From NCBI RefSeq assembly GCF_009914755.1, contig NC_060932.1: 64,000 nt of DNA; one strand, given 5' to 3'. The position numbers and the translations under genes were made by a program. Under the pieces are notes generated by a model. That model saw nothing but the letters and a program-made list of their open reading frames with translations. It did no database searches and was not told where the DNA came from. This document shows positions 39,916-54,804 of the stretch, in pieces (position 1 is the first letter of the stretch; each line of letters begins with the position of its first letter). The DNA comes from the human T2T-CHM13v2.0 reference genome, Homo sapiens.

Positions 39916-41263
39916 AAAGTATTTCTGGTAAAAACAAAAACAAAAATAAGAAATAGTGCTCTACTAAATGTTAGGCAAATTTAGTATCAGTTTTATAAAA
40001 TCAAATCGTGGATTGGGGAGTTGGGAGTAACTGCAAGATGACCTCTGAGATTTTTTTTTCCAGCTATAAAATTCAAGAAGTCTCTAAGAATAGATATGGT
40101 GCTAAAATACAAATAGATAGCTGTATAAGATGTTATCAAGTGGTGTATAATGATAAAAATATCTCTATTATTCAGAATTGGGCTATAGATTCTCTTAACT
40201 CTAAAAGAAAATTAAGCCCCAAGCGTTCTATAATGGTATGAAATAGAATAGTTCAAATTTTTTACCAGTTTGTAATATGAGCTGGTTTAAAATGTTACAA
40301 ATTTTACACCGAATTGTAATATCAGTTCTGCAAAGTATTACAATATACCTTACCATGATTGTTAGAAAAGACATGGTCTTATATTTGCTGTCTTTCCACC
40401 ATCTCTTCACCATCTCTCCACCAAGTCCTAGGCCAGCTGGAGCCCATAATGCATTAAACAGTGGAAATAGCAATGGAGTGCATCACACTCTGATACTCTG
40501 AATCATAGATCAGAGAAGGGTTCTATATAACGATTTCTGAATAAGTCACAGTGAATGTGTAAACTGCTACCTTAAAGTTACTATTTATATTTGAGGAGTT
40601 AAAATTAGAATGACAAGAACTCTCATTATTTTACATTAAAAATAATTCGACATTTTTTTTATGGTCAAATTAGAACCCAGTAGGTTAGACTTAGCAAGTT
40701 CCAAAAGCCTGAGCTAGTGAGGGGGTAAAGACAGTTTTGCCGTGGGAATAGAAAGTTTACAAACTTTCTATTTCTAAGGGGAATCTAAAAAATACCACTA
40801 GCATCTAGTTGAGGAGAGCAGGCCCCACAGGTTGCAGACAGGCATACAGAAGTACACTAAAGGTCTGGGAAGATCAGCAACAACCTTTTATGAGTCACTG
40901 GGATATGAGCTAAGACTGTAAACTCTTGAAGGGAAAAATTACATCATATTCGTCCTTTTATCTAGGGTTTAGCCCAATGTCTGCAGTGGGTACACAGTGG
41001 GTATTGGCTGAGTACATGAGTGGAAGGAAGAACACACTAGGATAAGGCATACTAGTTTAAATGCAGTCATGATGCAGAGCCTGGAAAGCTTTGTGGATGT
41101 TACACATTGTAATTACAAATATCATGTTGTTTTCCTGGACTCTGACAGTGGTTGGAGAAGTAGCTAGTTCCTGCAACAAGTCTTAATAAAATTCAAAATA
41201 ACAGTACCAGCATCTATTTTTTTATGGCATATTTTGCCCTCTATTCCTTACTGGCTAAAATTA

Positions 41264-41716
41264 CAGTTCCCAAAGTATGTTGAGCTTTTTGGGTTGCTGA
41301 ATAGAACACATAGGTTGCTACAGTATACTTTAAATTTTTGAAGGAAACACAGATATCCATCATGAATTGTGCAAACTACTAGCTTGAAGTAATTCAGTTT
41401 CAATATTATACAACTATTAATATATTCCTTTCAATGACATTGATGATGCTGGATTTTCAGTGGCTGCTCTGATGAAAAGCAAATATCATACCATTTTGCT
41501 GTGGAGCATAAAATGAGGGTGGTAACATAAAATCTGAGTCCAAGGTTTGAGAAATTGTGCAGTGCACAATGCTAAGTTTTTAGAACATAAATTCATAAGT
41601 TGCTTAGCCACAGCTACTAAACAGAAGTGTTAGGTATTTCTTTGGGCCTGGGAGCCTGGAAAAAAAAATTACTAAGACACTCGGGACACTGTGATGCAAA
41701 AATATTTGGGAACTTC
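41264..41716. mobile_element. hAT-Charlie type DNA transposon remnant
   Basis: Inverted termini agttcccaaa / tttgggaact; subfamily not determined. Confidence 0.5.
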
Positions 41717-41749
41717 TTGTGCTAAAACTTTGCACGTCACTCTGTGAAT

Positions 41750-42545
41750 CTAGATGTATAGTGTGCAAATGTTTTCTTCCATTCTGTAGGCTGTCCCTTC
41801 ATTATTGTTTCCTTTTCTGTGCAAAAGTTTTTATCTTGTGTAACCCTTTTTCTGATTTTGTTTTTTTGCCTGTGCTTTTGGGGTCATATCAAAAAATCAT
41901 TGCCCAGACCAATGTCAGGAAGCTTATTTTCTAGGTTGTTTATAGTAGTTACATAGCTTTGGGCCTTATGTTAAATACCTAAATTTATTTTGAGTTGATT
42001 TTTGATGTGAGATAAGGGTCTAGTTTCATTCTTCCACACATGAATATCCAATTTTTCTGACACCATTTATTGAAGAAAGTGTCCTTTTCTTACGGCGTGT
42101 TCTTGGCACATTTGGTGAAAATCAATCGGCTTTAAATGCATGAGTTTTTGCTGGCTTCTCTATTCTGTTCCATTGGTCTCTCCTTGTTTTAATGCCAATA
42201 CTATGCTGTTTTGGATACTATAGTTTTGTAGTATATTCTGAAGTCAGACTGTATGATAGTTCCAGATTTGTTCTTTTGCTAAAAATTGCTTTGGCTATTT
42301 GAAATCTATTGTGCTTTCATGTGAATTTTAAGGTTTTTATTTTATTTTATTTTTGTATTTCTGTAGAGAATGTCATTGGTATTTTGTTTGAGAATGCACT
42401 GAATCTGTAGATTGCTATGGTTAGTATAGACACTTTTTTCATGAGCATGGGATATCTTTCTATTTATTTGTAACTTATTTAGTTTCTTTCATCAATATTT
42501 TATAGTTTTCAGTGTAGAAATCTCTCACCTTTTTTGTTAAATTTA
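41750..42545 (-). mobile_element. L1M ORF2 fragment
   Basis: aaatcattgcccagaccaatgtc, caccatttattgaaga, gcactgaatctgtagattgct. Confidence 0.85.
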
Positions 42546-43615
42546 GATATGTTTCAAAAACAGAAAAGATGCTATAATGACTGGATTAGAGTGGGAAATA
42601 AGAAGAATGATCCAAAATGAGCTCAATTATGAAAAAAAAAACAGGTTGTATGGGGATTTTTTTTAAGTATCAATTTATTCTAACTGCAAGGGGGAAGTCA
42701 CTGAAGAATTTTAAGCAGAAAAGTGACGTGATTTGATATAGTTTTTAAAATATTGCTCTGTTTTGTGGTGAATGTATTACAGATGACAACAGCAGTAGAA
42801 GAGAGATGGTTTAGGATGTTTGAATGGTCTAAGTGAGAGATGATAGTGGCTTGCATTAGGAAGGTTTCAGTTGAAATGGAGAATATTGGATATTTTTAGA
42901 ATATGCCTTGGAATAAAATCTCAAGTATGGGTAGAACTTCTTGATGGATTCAATATGGAGAGGTGCAACTAAGAGTAGTTACTAGTTTTACAAAGACTTT
43001 TATGAAAAAAATGCTAATATAGTCTGTTGTCACAGACTTCCTCGCTTCTGCTATTTCCACATTTAGTTTAACAGTGACTTTATATTTCCCTTCTTTCTTC
43101 TACCCCAAGTCTCTTGCCTCTGTCTTATTTTTTCTATCTTGCTTACCCTCAAAATATTCTCATTACTTGGACATCTCTTCTCCTTGTGTCTCATTCCCTA
43201 ATTTCCTTCTCTTATTCCCATTTTACTTCTGTACCTATGATCCATGTCATTATATTAAATAATTAAAATCATATTGCTTCTTCACTTTGTCCAAGTCACA
43301 GCATTTACAACATAATAAGGATATTTTCTTTCACAAAATTTACATATACATAATAAAGCTGAAGGTCACTCCTATGGAAACTTAAGAATATTAAACAGAC
43401 TAATAATTCAAATTTTGCAAGGAAGGGTCTGACTAATTTGACTTTTTGAATTTGCATATAGGTTTTCTTTATCTTTAATCGTGACACTAGAAGGAAGCCT
43501 TAGTATTCCTTTTTCCTATAACTTTTTTTCAAAAACACCCTTGTAATTAAAAATGTGTGGCATAAAATGTATTCAATGATCTCACTTTTATAGAACTGAA
43601 ATTACTCTTGGTATA

Positions 43616-43772
43616 CCCAAAATATTCTAACACTACTCAGGCAGAAATACTCAGTTTATCTAGAAATACTTTAATTCATCAAAATTATTCCCAAAATATA
43701 CTCACACTACCCAGCCAGAAATAATTGGCTTATCTATAAATATTTGTATTGATCAAAATTATTTCCTAAATA
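43616..43772. repeat. Diverged tandem duplication, period 74 bp
   Basis: cccaaaatat.ct.acactac.cag.cagaaata...ttatcta.aaata...atcaaaattatt starts at 43616 and 43690. Confidence 0.85.
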
Positions 43773-44269
43773 CGTCAATATATTTCTAAATATGTACATT
43801 TAAACTTTACTTCAATAAAATATTACCATAATTTAAACTACCTGTAGCCTCAATTGTCTTTTTATTTTTATTATTTTTTACATTAACATTGCAATTACAG
43901 CTTGTTTTCTCCCTCCAGCAATGAGGAGACCATGAAGGTAAAGTAGACAATCTATAGAGTGTAGAAAATGTGATAAGGTGTGCACAGGGTATTAGGCTTT
44001 GTTATTCATGTTATCTTCTTTTAAGTTTGCCTACCCAACTTGAGTATTTTTATAAGCCATATATTTTAAATGTCCTATCAGTTTGGATAACATAGCTGGA
44101 GGAGATTTCAAAAATCTAGTCCTATTCTTTCTTCTATATATTTATACAACTTGAAATATATTTTTTTTGTAAGAGCTAGTTTTTATATGGTAATAATGTA
44201 CTGACAGTTTTGAGTCACAAGAATCAAAAGAACAGTTATGCTTTTATTACTCTTTGTTTTTGGACCTAG

Positions 44270-44641
<372 letters not shown>

Positions 44642-44902
44642 TAGGATAAATAGTAATTGCAAAGACCAATGCAATTACTACTTATCTTACTGTTACTGTT
44701 TCTGTATTGTCTGTATAACACAAGAAGAAGATGACAGTGCAAGTTTACTCAAATTCAATGCAGCAAGTGATTCTTAAGCATCTAAACATTTTTTGGAGAT
44801 TGATGATTAAAAAAAGATAGCATCAGCATTCAAAAATAGAATAAATACTGAGCAGAAAGATAAAAGAAGCACACAAGTAAATTTTATTCAAGTCAAATGA
44901 GT

Positions 44903-45357
44903 TGTGAAAGTTGATCGTATGAATTGGTTCATTCTTGCCATACCCAACTAAAACAGTCGAGAAGCCAGGGGGGAAAAGCACTCAGAATATATAACATTGC
45001 TCTAGAAATGTAATTCTCTGCAAGTCAGGCTGCTGGAACTGCCTGTTGTAATCTGAGACCAGTTTTATCTATAAGTGCTGAAATAAGTTGCTGCAACATA
45101 AGGATGAATTTTGCCAACCACCATCACTCACCAATGGGAGCTTGCCAGCTCCCCAGAACTTTATTAATGCCCATGAACTTTCTCAAAGAACAATATGTAA
45201 CATTTCTCCTTTAATGAAACCTGCAACTTTCTCTTTATTCTTCCAACATACCAAAGACCACCTGGTCTGACTGTATACCTCGAATTGTGATTCTTTCTTC
45301 TCAAATAAAATGTTACATTTAGAGATTTGTCTCTACATTTTTATTTTGACTTTAACA
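44903..45357 (+). mobile_element. Solo LTR (LTR47-like)
   Basis: TG...CA ends, aataaa at about 45304, flanks gagt/gagc. Family name is from memory. Confidence 0.7.
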
Positions 45358-48300
45358 GAGCCAAGAGAGCATTGATAAAAGTTATAAGAAACCAAGGCAG
45401 ATGAAGGAAATTCATTTGAAGGATAGGTTTCTTATAGGTAAAGATTGGCAGAATCTTATTTTAGGAAGCAAGAGTAGCATGTGCAATATTACACAGCTGA
45501 TTAAGGGTGGAGGCATTTGGAAGGACAATTTGTATTAAGCAACTAGTAAGTTAGAGGAAATGGTAGTTTTTACTTTTACATTGATTTTTTAAAATACACA
45601 CCACACGACTGAAGTGAAATATTTTTCGGTAAGAGGCAAGTGTGGCATTCTGTAATGAAATATGACAAAAGTGGAAAGATAATGCCAGAAAGTTAGATTT
45701 CCACTACATTGAGGAAGAATTTAAATGCTAGAATGCAAATATATAAGCAAGGGGGAAAAAGGATCAAATTGCAAGCCATACTCCCTGGGTACAAGGCCTG
45801 TCTTTATTACTGCTAAGTATAGGAACTTCTGGTATGTGAGTTTACTCATTAGTAAAATAGAAATATTGAAACCTACAGTGTGTTAATACATTTAAAAAAT
45901 AATGGTGTGAAAGTGCTTTTGAGTTAAAATATGATATATGTATGTACGTGATAACTGATATTATATCACCTCTTAATTCAATAGGTATGGGAAAAAACAA
46001 GTTTTTGATCAAGGAGTATTATTGCAATATTTAAAAGTGAGGAATCCTTTCCTGAAAGCCAAGTGTAATACTTCTTGTAACAGAATAAATAGAAGATAAT
46101 TGCTTTTGTGCAGTTGGGAAGTTTTAAGTGAGTAAAGTAAAAGAGAGGGAACTGAAGATTACTAATGAATGAGATAGAAGTGGCATCAGTGTTGGAATGG
46201 ATGTTGGAAAACAATGAAGACTTTTAAATCTTCATTCATTGGGAAAACGACAGGAAAATAGCAAAGACAAGGCAAAGACAGGTAACCAAGCATTTATTAG
46301 CCCCTCTTTGTTCTGGGTACTTCACTAGGCAAGTTCATGAGTCTGAGATAATCTAGTCCTTCACTGTGGCATTTCAGTTTGGTGCCACCCTTTCCATTTT
46401 TATTTAAAAGGAAAGACAACTTTGTGTAGAATAAATAACTTCCCCAAGTCAAGTAAAAAGAGCAATAGAACTTAAAAGTAAGTTCATCTGATTCCAAATC
46501 CCACGCTTTTACAGATGCAATGACATACTTGTTTTGTAAAAAATACTAATTCAATTGTTATAAAAAGTTGAAAATAAATATTCAACTCTCAGAAGAATAA
46601 AAATGATAAAGACCTGAGGGAAACATGGAAAGTCATGATTACAAACCCTTGAAAGGAGATCAGATTCTTGAAGAAAAAGTGAGTTTTGAAGTGTAACTGT
46701 GAAAAATTTTTATTTTTAGGAAGTGAGAAGGTAAAGTAGATTCAATAAAAGAGTGAAAAATGGGTAGTCAATGGCTACACTCAAGGAAACCAAGCTATTT
46801 CTCAGCCATTACATTCAAGAGAGCTTATAATAATTACAAATACTTATAGCAGTATGGTAAGGAAAGAACTGCCACAGATGTAGGCCATTCTTTAGGAAAG
46901 TTTACTTGTGAAGTGGGGAGAGACAGAACACCTTTGGAAGCTTCTATATACTAACGGTCTCTTTGTAATTACCAAAATAAGATTTATAACTAATATACTA
47001 GCATATTTAGAAAGTTCATGTAAGAAGAATGAGTGAAAATGACTTTATATTCAAAAGTATGGTTGATTTACATTATGATAATAAACTTTTCCTGAATATA
47101 CATTATACAGTAGTGTTTTAATAGTACCAAATGAGTAGCATGTTCCCTGCTGTTTCACTGCTGAGATATACCAGCATTTTAATAATCCAGATACAAATCC
47201 AAAATTTGGAGTCCAAATTGTTATTTGCTCTCAAGAGAAGCCCAAATTTATGTTCACATCTAGTGTGACATAAGAGATTTCAATATCTCTTTTAAAATCT
47301 TCAAAATTCTCCTTTTCCTTTATATCTTCCTATTCAGTCAGAAAAGGCATCAATTAAGGCCTTTCCCACAGAAAGAAAGTCTATGAATATAAGGATCCCA
47401 CAAGCTGAGCTTTCCCAAAAAGTTGGTTATAATTTTAAGGGCATTTAAATTTTTAATTTATTTTTCAGCATAGAAAATGCTGCCAACTTTATATCTCTTT
47501 GGCAGCATTTCTCCCTTTAAAAACTTGTTATATTCTATAGGTATTTCAAATTAGAAACAAAGCTTTTAAGATTTCAAAACACACCTGCTGGGACTATCAC
47601 CTAGGAGAGTAGAGCACAAATGGTAACCAAAATATAACAAGTAAGATACCTTACTTCTCCAAGGATTTTCTCATAGATTTCCTCAGTGATTATAAAAATA
47701 TTGATTACGTGCAAACAAGACTGTTTCTGTTTCATCAACTGGTATCTATAAGCCATTTACTAATACGATGAATTTGAGGTCCTGCTACAGTCATGTGATT
47801 AGAAAATTAATGGAAAATGCTAAACTGCAGTTTTGCTGTTTTAATCAATTCAATTAATTACATTTATTGAGCTCTCTTTGTCACACATACAGAAACATGA
47901 ATACTCATATCTGATTACAAGGATCTTGCACTTAGAAAAGTTTCTAAGAGACAAGAAAAAAAAATTGGGTACTATAATGAAGGAAAACATGAGCTAAGAA
48001 GTTAAGAACCAGATAGTAACTGATTGGAAAAGTAAGAAAAGCTTTATAAAAGAGGATTTTGAGTGAGCACTTGAAGAATATGTAAGATAACACAGGCAAA
48101 AACGCTAAGATATAACATTCTAGGAGGAAGAAACAACAGAACTAAGTAGTCCCAGAAAATCAGATATATTTGAAGCCAACTATGTGGGACAATTTGTTAC
48201 CACACAAAATATGAATGGAAGATTGGGAATATTTTGAAGCATTTTGAATGCCAACACTGAGTACTTTTTGTATAAGTAGGCGACAGGAAAGCTCTGCTGG

Positions 48301-48689
48301 TGTTGAAGTTAGAAAAACACATTATTGTAGATGTTATGGATGGAAACTGTGGACGAGAAGGAGAAAAATCGGCAGCTTGTAAAACTGACATCACAATTTT
48401 CTAAAAATGTGTAAATAAACGATTAACTAAGATAATATCCATGGAAATGCAGATCAGAGAACTATTCTTATCTCTTCTACATCTCTTCATAATTGAAATA
48501 TCTCTTTTATCCCTAAAGTTTTCATTCAAAGAGATTACTGCAATGTTAGGAAAATCATGAAACAGTAAATATCTGAGGTTGTAACAAACATGCTAGAGAA
48601 AGATTTTAGTAACATATTATCATTAAAATAACATGTGTATATGTGGATATATATCACTTAGTTCAAATATAATATGAAATCACGTGTAT

Positions 48690-50305
48690 GTCTTTATTTT
48701 TAATTTTAATAGAATTTATTTTCTAGAGAATTTTCAGGTTTATAAAATAATCACAGAGAGTACAGAGGGTTCCCAAACACTACCCCTCTCTCCCCAACAT
48801 AATACAGTTTCTCCCATTATTAATATTTTTTATTAGCATGGTAAATTTTTTTGCAATGAATGAATCAACATTAAAATATTTTATTAATTAAAGTTCATAA
48901 TTACATTAGGGTTCACTCTTTGTGTTCTATGGGTTTTGACAAACACATAGTGTCATTATTCACTATTACAATATCCGACAGAATAGATTCACTGCCCTTA
49001 TATGTCCCCTGTGCACCCTCTCTTCATCCCTCACTTCATCCCCCTGAACTCCTGACAACCAGTGTTTTTTTTTACTGTCTCTGTAGTTTTGTCTTTTCCA
49101 GAATGTCTTATAGTTGAAATTTTACCTAGGAGTGTAATTGTTGGTAAACCCATGTTTAGTTTAAAAAAAAAAAAAAAACTGTCAACGGCTGGCATGAGTG
49201 TAAATTAGTTCAGCCACTGTGAAAAGCAGTTTTGCAATTTCTCAAAGAACTTAGAACTACCATTCAACCCAGTAATACCATTATTGCGTATATACCCAAA
49301 GGAAAATAAATTGTTCTACCATAAAGGCACATGCACAGGTATGTTCACTGCAGAACTACTCACAATAGCAAAGACATGGAATCAACCAAAATGATCATTA
49401 GTGATAGACTGGATAAAGAAAATATGGTACATATATACTGCGAAATACTATGCAGCCATAAAAAAATGAGTTCATGTCCTTTGCAGCAATATGTATGAAG
49501 CTGGAGGCGATGGTCCTAAGCAAACTAACACAGGAATAGAAAACCAAATACCAAGTGTTCTCACTTACAAGTAAGAACTAAACATTGAGTACACGTGGAC
49601 ACAAAGAAGGGAAAAACAGTCACTGGGGCCTACTTGAGGTTGGAGGGTGAGAGGAGGGTGAGGATCAGAAAACTACTTATTGGGCATTATGCATATTACC
49701 TGGGTGACAAAAAATAATCTGTACACCTTTTAAATCCCTGTGACATACAATTTACCTATGTAACAACCTGTATGTATAGCCCTGAAACTAAAAGTTTAAA
49801 AATAATAAATTAAATTAAAAAACTGTCAGAATGTCTTCCAAAGTGGCTTTATTATTTTGCATTCCCACCAGCAGTACATGAGCATTCCTGTCGTTTTACT
49901 TTCTCGGCAGCATTTTGTGTTGTCAGAGCTTTAGACTTTAGCTATTTTAATAGCTATGTAATCGTATCTGGTAGTTATATTAATTTGAAGTTCCCTAATT
50001 ACATATGATAATGAGCTTTATTTATATGTCTATTTGCTGTCTCATATATCTTCTTTGGTGACAATTCTGTTTTGATGTTTTGCCTATTGTGTAATTGAGT
50101 TGTTTTCTTATTGTTAAATTTTAAGCAATTTTTCCATATTTAATATACAGAATGTATTTTTATTAGATATGTAATTTGCAAATTTTTTTCCAATCTGTGG
50201 AATGTTCTTTCTTTGTCTTCACAGTGCTTTTTATAGAGCAGATATTTTAATTTTAATGAAGTATGACATCAATTTTTTTATCGATTATACTTTTGGTGTT
50301 TTATG
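48690..50305 (-). mobile_element. Old L1MB/L1MC fragment hosting a younger L1
   Basis: tacagagggttccca...acattagggttcactctttgtg...ttttgcattcccaccagca. Confidence 0.75.
49185..49816 (+). mobile_element. L1PA(old)/L1PB 3' end
   Basis: gtaaattagttcagccactgtgaaaagcag...ggggcctacttgaggttggaggg; TSD aaaaaactgtca at 49173-49184 and 49817-49828. Confidence 0.88.
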
Positions 50306-52510
50306 AAATAACTGAACTTTCACTTGGATGGGGCACCAGGAGAACATGCCACGAGTTCTTTTGAATTTTCAGGGGCAGAGACTGGTAATTCTATCCAAAA
50401 ACCAGTGTGACTTTCATAGTTGGAGACAGTAATTCACTGAGTAATCACAATCTAATGTTCCTTTGAGATAAAAAGGGCCCAAGAAAAGATATAACTTTTA
50501 ATTTAAGTCCTGACTAAAAGTACATTACTTCATAACAATTTGATTTATCTTTTGTCGGTGATTTTTATTCCTTTACAACCTTTCCATTTTTTATTCTTCT
50601 GGGTGATTTCCATATCTTATATGAGAATAATTTTTGTATTACATTTTTGAAATACATACAAAGTTCTTTTTCCCCCTTTGAAACAGATGAGTCTACAAAT
50701 ACTTCAACTTCTGCTTCTGAAACTGACCTTGACCTGAAACTGATCCACTCTCCTTTTAAAAGTCCCCCAATTTATATCGCTACTTGAAGATTTCTTTGCT
50801 CCCAATCCATGTTTCTAATCTGTATGCCTGAAAGAATTACTAGCAAGTTCCCAAATGCACTGAGTTTATCATACTTTTGCACAATCCTTTTTATGTTTGT
50901 AGCTAGGAAGCTCAGTAATGCTAGGTAGAAATTATAAAACCAAGCAGATTCATTATCATCAATCTCAAAAGGGCACTCAAATTTACTTAGCAAGGCAACA
51001 TTTCTACATCAAGCTTGCTCTCCCACTCTTGGTAAAAAACTATTTTTCATTTTTCTCTCAGTCTTAAACTTTCTCTCCCATCCATCCTCATCTCCTTATA
51101 CACACATTTTCATTTGATGGCCTTCCTAGATGCGGCGTTACTAACGTAAAAGTATTAAACATGAGCTTTCTCATCTTCCAATCACAAAATATGTAGGCCT
51201 AGCAGCATCTCTTCTCCACTTCTCTGTCTTCCTTTCTATTAGATTGAAAATAATTCCCCACTACCTGTCCTTGGGATCCCATTTATTTTCTCCTACAAAA
51301 TTATGTTTCTTTACCTCTACCCTCTCTTTCCAATGCCACCAATAGATTTCTCTCTATAGAATTATTTGTACCAACCAATAAACATGCTTTGGTCTCTTGA
51401 ATCTCTAAAAAGAAACTCTCTCTTGATTTCCTAATGACTACATAAATGCCTCATTATTTCAGTAGTTTATATAACTTGAAGTCACCAAGCTGTAAACTAT
51501 CTGAACTGTCTTTATTCACTCTTCAGCATATTTAAGTTGGTTTTCAACCTCTGTCATTCCACTGAAATCACTCTTGTCAACAACCTTCATGTTGTCAAAT
51601 TCAAAACACAGTCTTCTGTCCTCCGTGCTCATTTTTTCAACAGTCCCTGCTTGCCCTTTAAAGGACTTCTTTTGCTTCAGTTACCCTTTTAGGTATTGTC
51701 ATAGTCCTCTGGTCTCTCATGAGCAGGATTTGGCAGCTCCTTGTATTCTATCAGTTCGTCAAATAGATATTTGAGATGACATCACAAGTTCTCTTGTCTT
51801 TCTACTTATTTTAAATGATGTTATCTACACATAATTTTTTAAAGAAAATGATGTTTAACATTTTTATAATATGTATATATGCCTATGGTTCCCTGATATC
51901 TCTGAATTTCAATTATGTTCAACTAATCACTTAACATATCTGCCTAGAAATCTCTAAATCTTCTAAAATGTACAACTTCAAAACTGAACTCTCAATTATT
52001 CTCCAGAAATCTCTGGATGTTCACACTTTATTAAACATTATAATTCACTCCATCCTCATGTTGTTCAAGCCTTGAAAATTGAGCCTCATCCTTAATTCTT
52101 TCCTTTTTCTTACTCTCCACATCAAATTTTCATGGGATATTAAGGCTTTTATCTTCAAAAGATATCTTGAATCTGTCTCGTTCCCTGCCAACACCATAGT
52201 CCAAATCTCCACTGTCTTTCACTCAGACTACTGAAGAAACCTAACTAAAATTTAAGTTTTCTTCAATCACTGAGCTAAAATAGAAAGCATGATCTACTGA
52301 ATATATAAATTGGATCAGGTCACTTACAAATCTTTACAACTTCCCATCATAGGCAGGTGAGCTAAATGAGTAAAGTAGCCTATGGGTACACATGGTGAGC
52401 CAGGGAGATCCTGCCCAGCCTAGAGAGACAAATTGTTAACTGGTTCTGAGCAGATGTTACCCTAAAAGTGTGTAGGTTTAAGTTGCCAAATATAATAAGA
52501 GAATACAGAA

Positions 52511-52513
<3 letters not shown>

Positions 52514-52552
<39 letters not shown>
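52514..52552. repeat. (TG)19 microsatellite
   Basis: Direct reading. Confidence 0.95.
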
Positions 52553-52555
<3 letters not shown>

Positions 52556-54716
52556 ATATTCTGAGTTTTAAATGTTGTCTCCATTAAAAAAAACAATGTA
52601 TTTAAAACAAAACATATCTTCAGTCCATATTAGGCTGAATGGCTGCCTGCTTACTTTCTCTGATGCAAATATTTGGTTTCTCCTTATTTCCTCTACTTCA
52701 TTCTATTATTTTCTCCTATTTACGCTCTATAATTGAGTTTCACTGAACTCTATTTTCTGGAACAGGTAATCAAGCACTTTCTTTTCAGGCTATTCCTTCC
52801 CTGCCGGTGGGACACATATACTTCTTCCAATATCCACGGGAGTAGGACCTTCTTAAATTATGTAGGTACCCACCTTGAGACATGTTTATTCTCTGTCATA
52901 GAATCTTATTATTTTCTTTTTGACTTCTGAGTAATTTTCTACATTTGTGATTACAACTGAATGGCTTGAAATCTACTGCACTTGAAGGTAATTTTGCTCA
53001 TTATATTACTATCACATTATATTATTTTTAGGTTGATTTCCAATAAATCATTAATCTAATTTGCAAATCATTGGACCAAGTAAATATTAATGTCATCAGT
53101 AATATTGTACATGTTACTTTGTAATAGCAGTTTGTATTAATAGAGTACTTAATTTGTCAAAAGCTGTATGGTTACTACGAGGCATAAGTTATCTCATGTG
53201 ATCTTCTCCTCAACCGAATAAGATATACATTATTATTCTCAATTTTAGAACTGAGGAAACTAACTCTTGCAGAAGACAAGATAATTTATTTCAGGGATAT
53301 AATCTGAATGAAATTTGTTTGACTTTAAAGTGCAATATATTATAATATAGTGATTAAAACGTCAGGTTTTGGAGTCTGCAAGTCAAGAGTTCAAATCCCA
53401 GTTCCATCAAATTATTAGCCAGGTAAATAAACTTCAGTTTTCTCATTTAAAATGTAGGGATAAAATAGTAAGTGCTTATAAGATTGTATAAGAAATAAAA
53501 AATACTTGGAAAAAATAATTATTTAATTGCTTATCACTTTGTGGTCTGTAAGATATAACCATTAGTCATTAAGGCTGAAAGATTTAGTTGATTTTAATAA
53601 AATCAGTATAACATGTCAAAGTCTTACTAGTCCCCAAATCTTTTGAATTTCTCTTTAGTGTGTTCCTTCAAATATTATTATCTGTATTAAGTTTCGAGCG
53701 TGGTTAAAGTTATGTAAACATTTTAGAAAATTACAATTGTGTTTGTGTGGAAATTGTATTATTGTTTTTCACTCCAAGTATAGCAAAATGTAACTTTAAG
53801 TCATTCTGAAAGATCCATGGGGGAAATTTATTATAGGTCTATATTCTAAGAACTATTTTTTTCTTCATAGAGATATTCTTTAGAGAATCACTTGTGCTTT
53901 ATATAAATAAAATGAATAAGTAAAAATAAAAAATATGTGGTATCTGTAACTATAAACATTAGCATAAATAATTGAAAAATAAAATTTACCATGGACACTG
54001 TAAAAATAGGTATTTGTGAGTTTTCGTGAGATTATTATCTAATATTTTGATAGGCTTTTTGTAATCTTTTGTTTGTAATAGATTCTAGAGGACTAAGAAA
54101 AATTCAAGTTTATTAAAAAGCATTATTTGATAGTTATGTAAATTAATGGCTGCCACAGTATACTATGTAAATTCTCTAGGTTGTTTAACTTAATTTTAAA
54201 TTGATAAAATTAATACTAATTTGTGATGGATATAAAACTTCTACTGAAGTTATAATTACACAATACAAATAAGATGTTTATAGAACATTTGCTGGAAGGT
54301 TTTACAGGAATTGCCTCATTTGAAACTCACCATTATATGTGGTAAATGTGATTTACATGTTGCAGAAGAAGAAACTCAGGCAAACAGGATAGAGCAACTT
54401 ACCCAAGATCAGACAACTAATAAGTAGCAAAACTGGAACTCAAAGTTATGTCTTTAAAATCTAAATCCCATGATTTTTCACTTACTATATGATGAGAAAT
54501 TAATCATTTAAACTAAAAAAAAAGTGTTCTAATAAAGTTAATGCATTACTTAACTAATCCCTTTAAAATAATTAGATATTATTAATAACAATACATTGAT
54601 AAAATGCAGTTTGATGCCACTAAGACTTCATCTTTATATTATTAGCTACTTTAAAGATTTAAATTAAAATAAACCTTGACAAGATAAATAATGAAGTCAA
54701 TATTTTAAAATATTAC

Positions 54717-54804
54717 CTAAAATCTGATCCGATTCTCTTCCCATTTTCTGGTTCTCCTGGATCTGGGCATAAATTGGAAGCTGTTTTAATACCTCCCTCA
54801 TTTA
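54717..54804 (-). CDS. CSMD3: CSMD3 coding exon (probably exon 9), 88 nt, phase 1-2: (L)NEGGIKTASNLCPDPGEPENGKRIGSDF(S), start of Sushi 2
   Basis: Minus strand reads ttttttccctgctgttgcag|TAAATGAG...GATTTTAG|gtaata. CPDPGEPENG is a Sushi/CCP N-terminal motif. Overlaps ORF 54713..54925. Confidence 0.97.
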
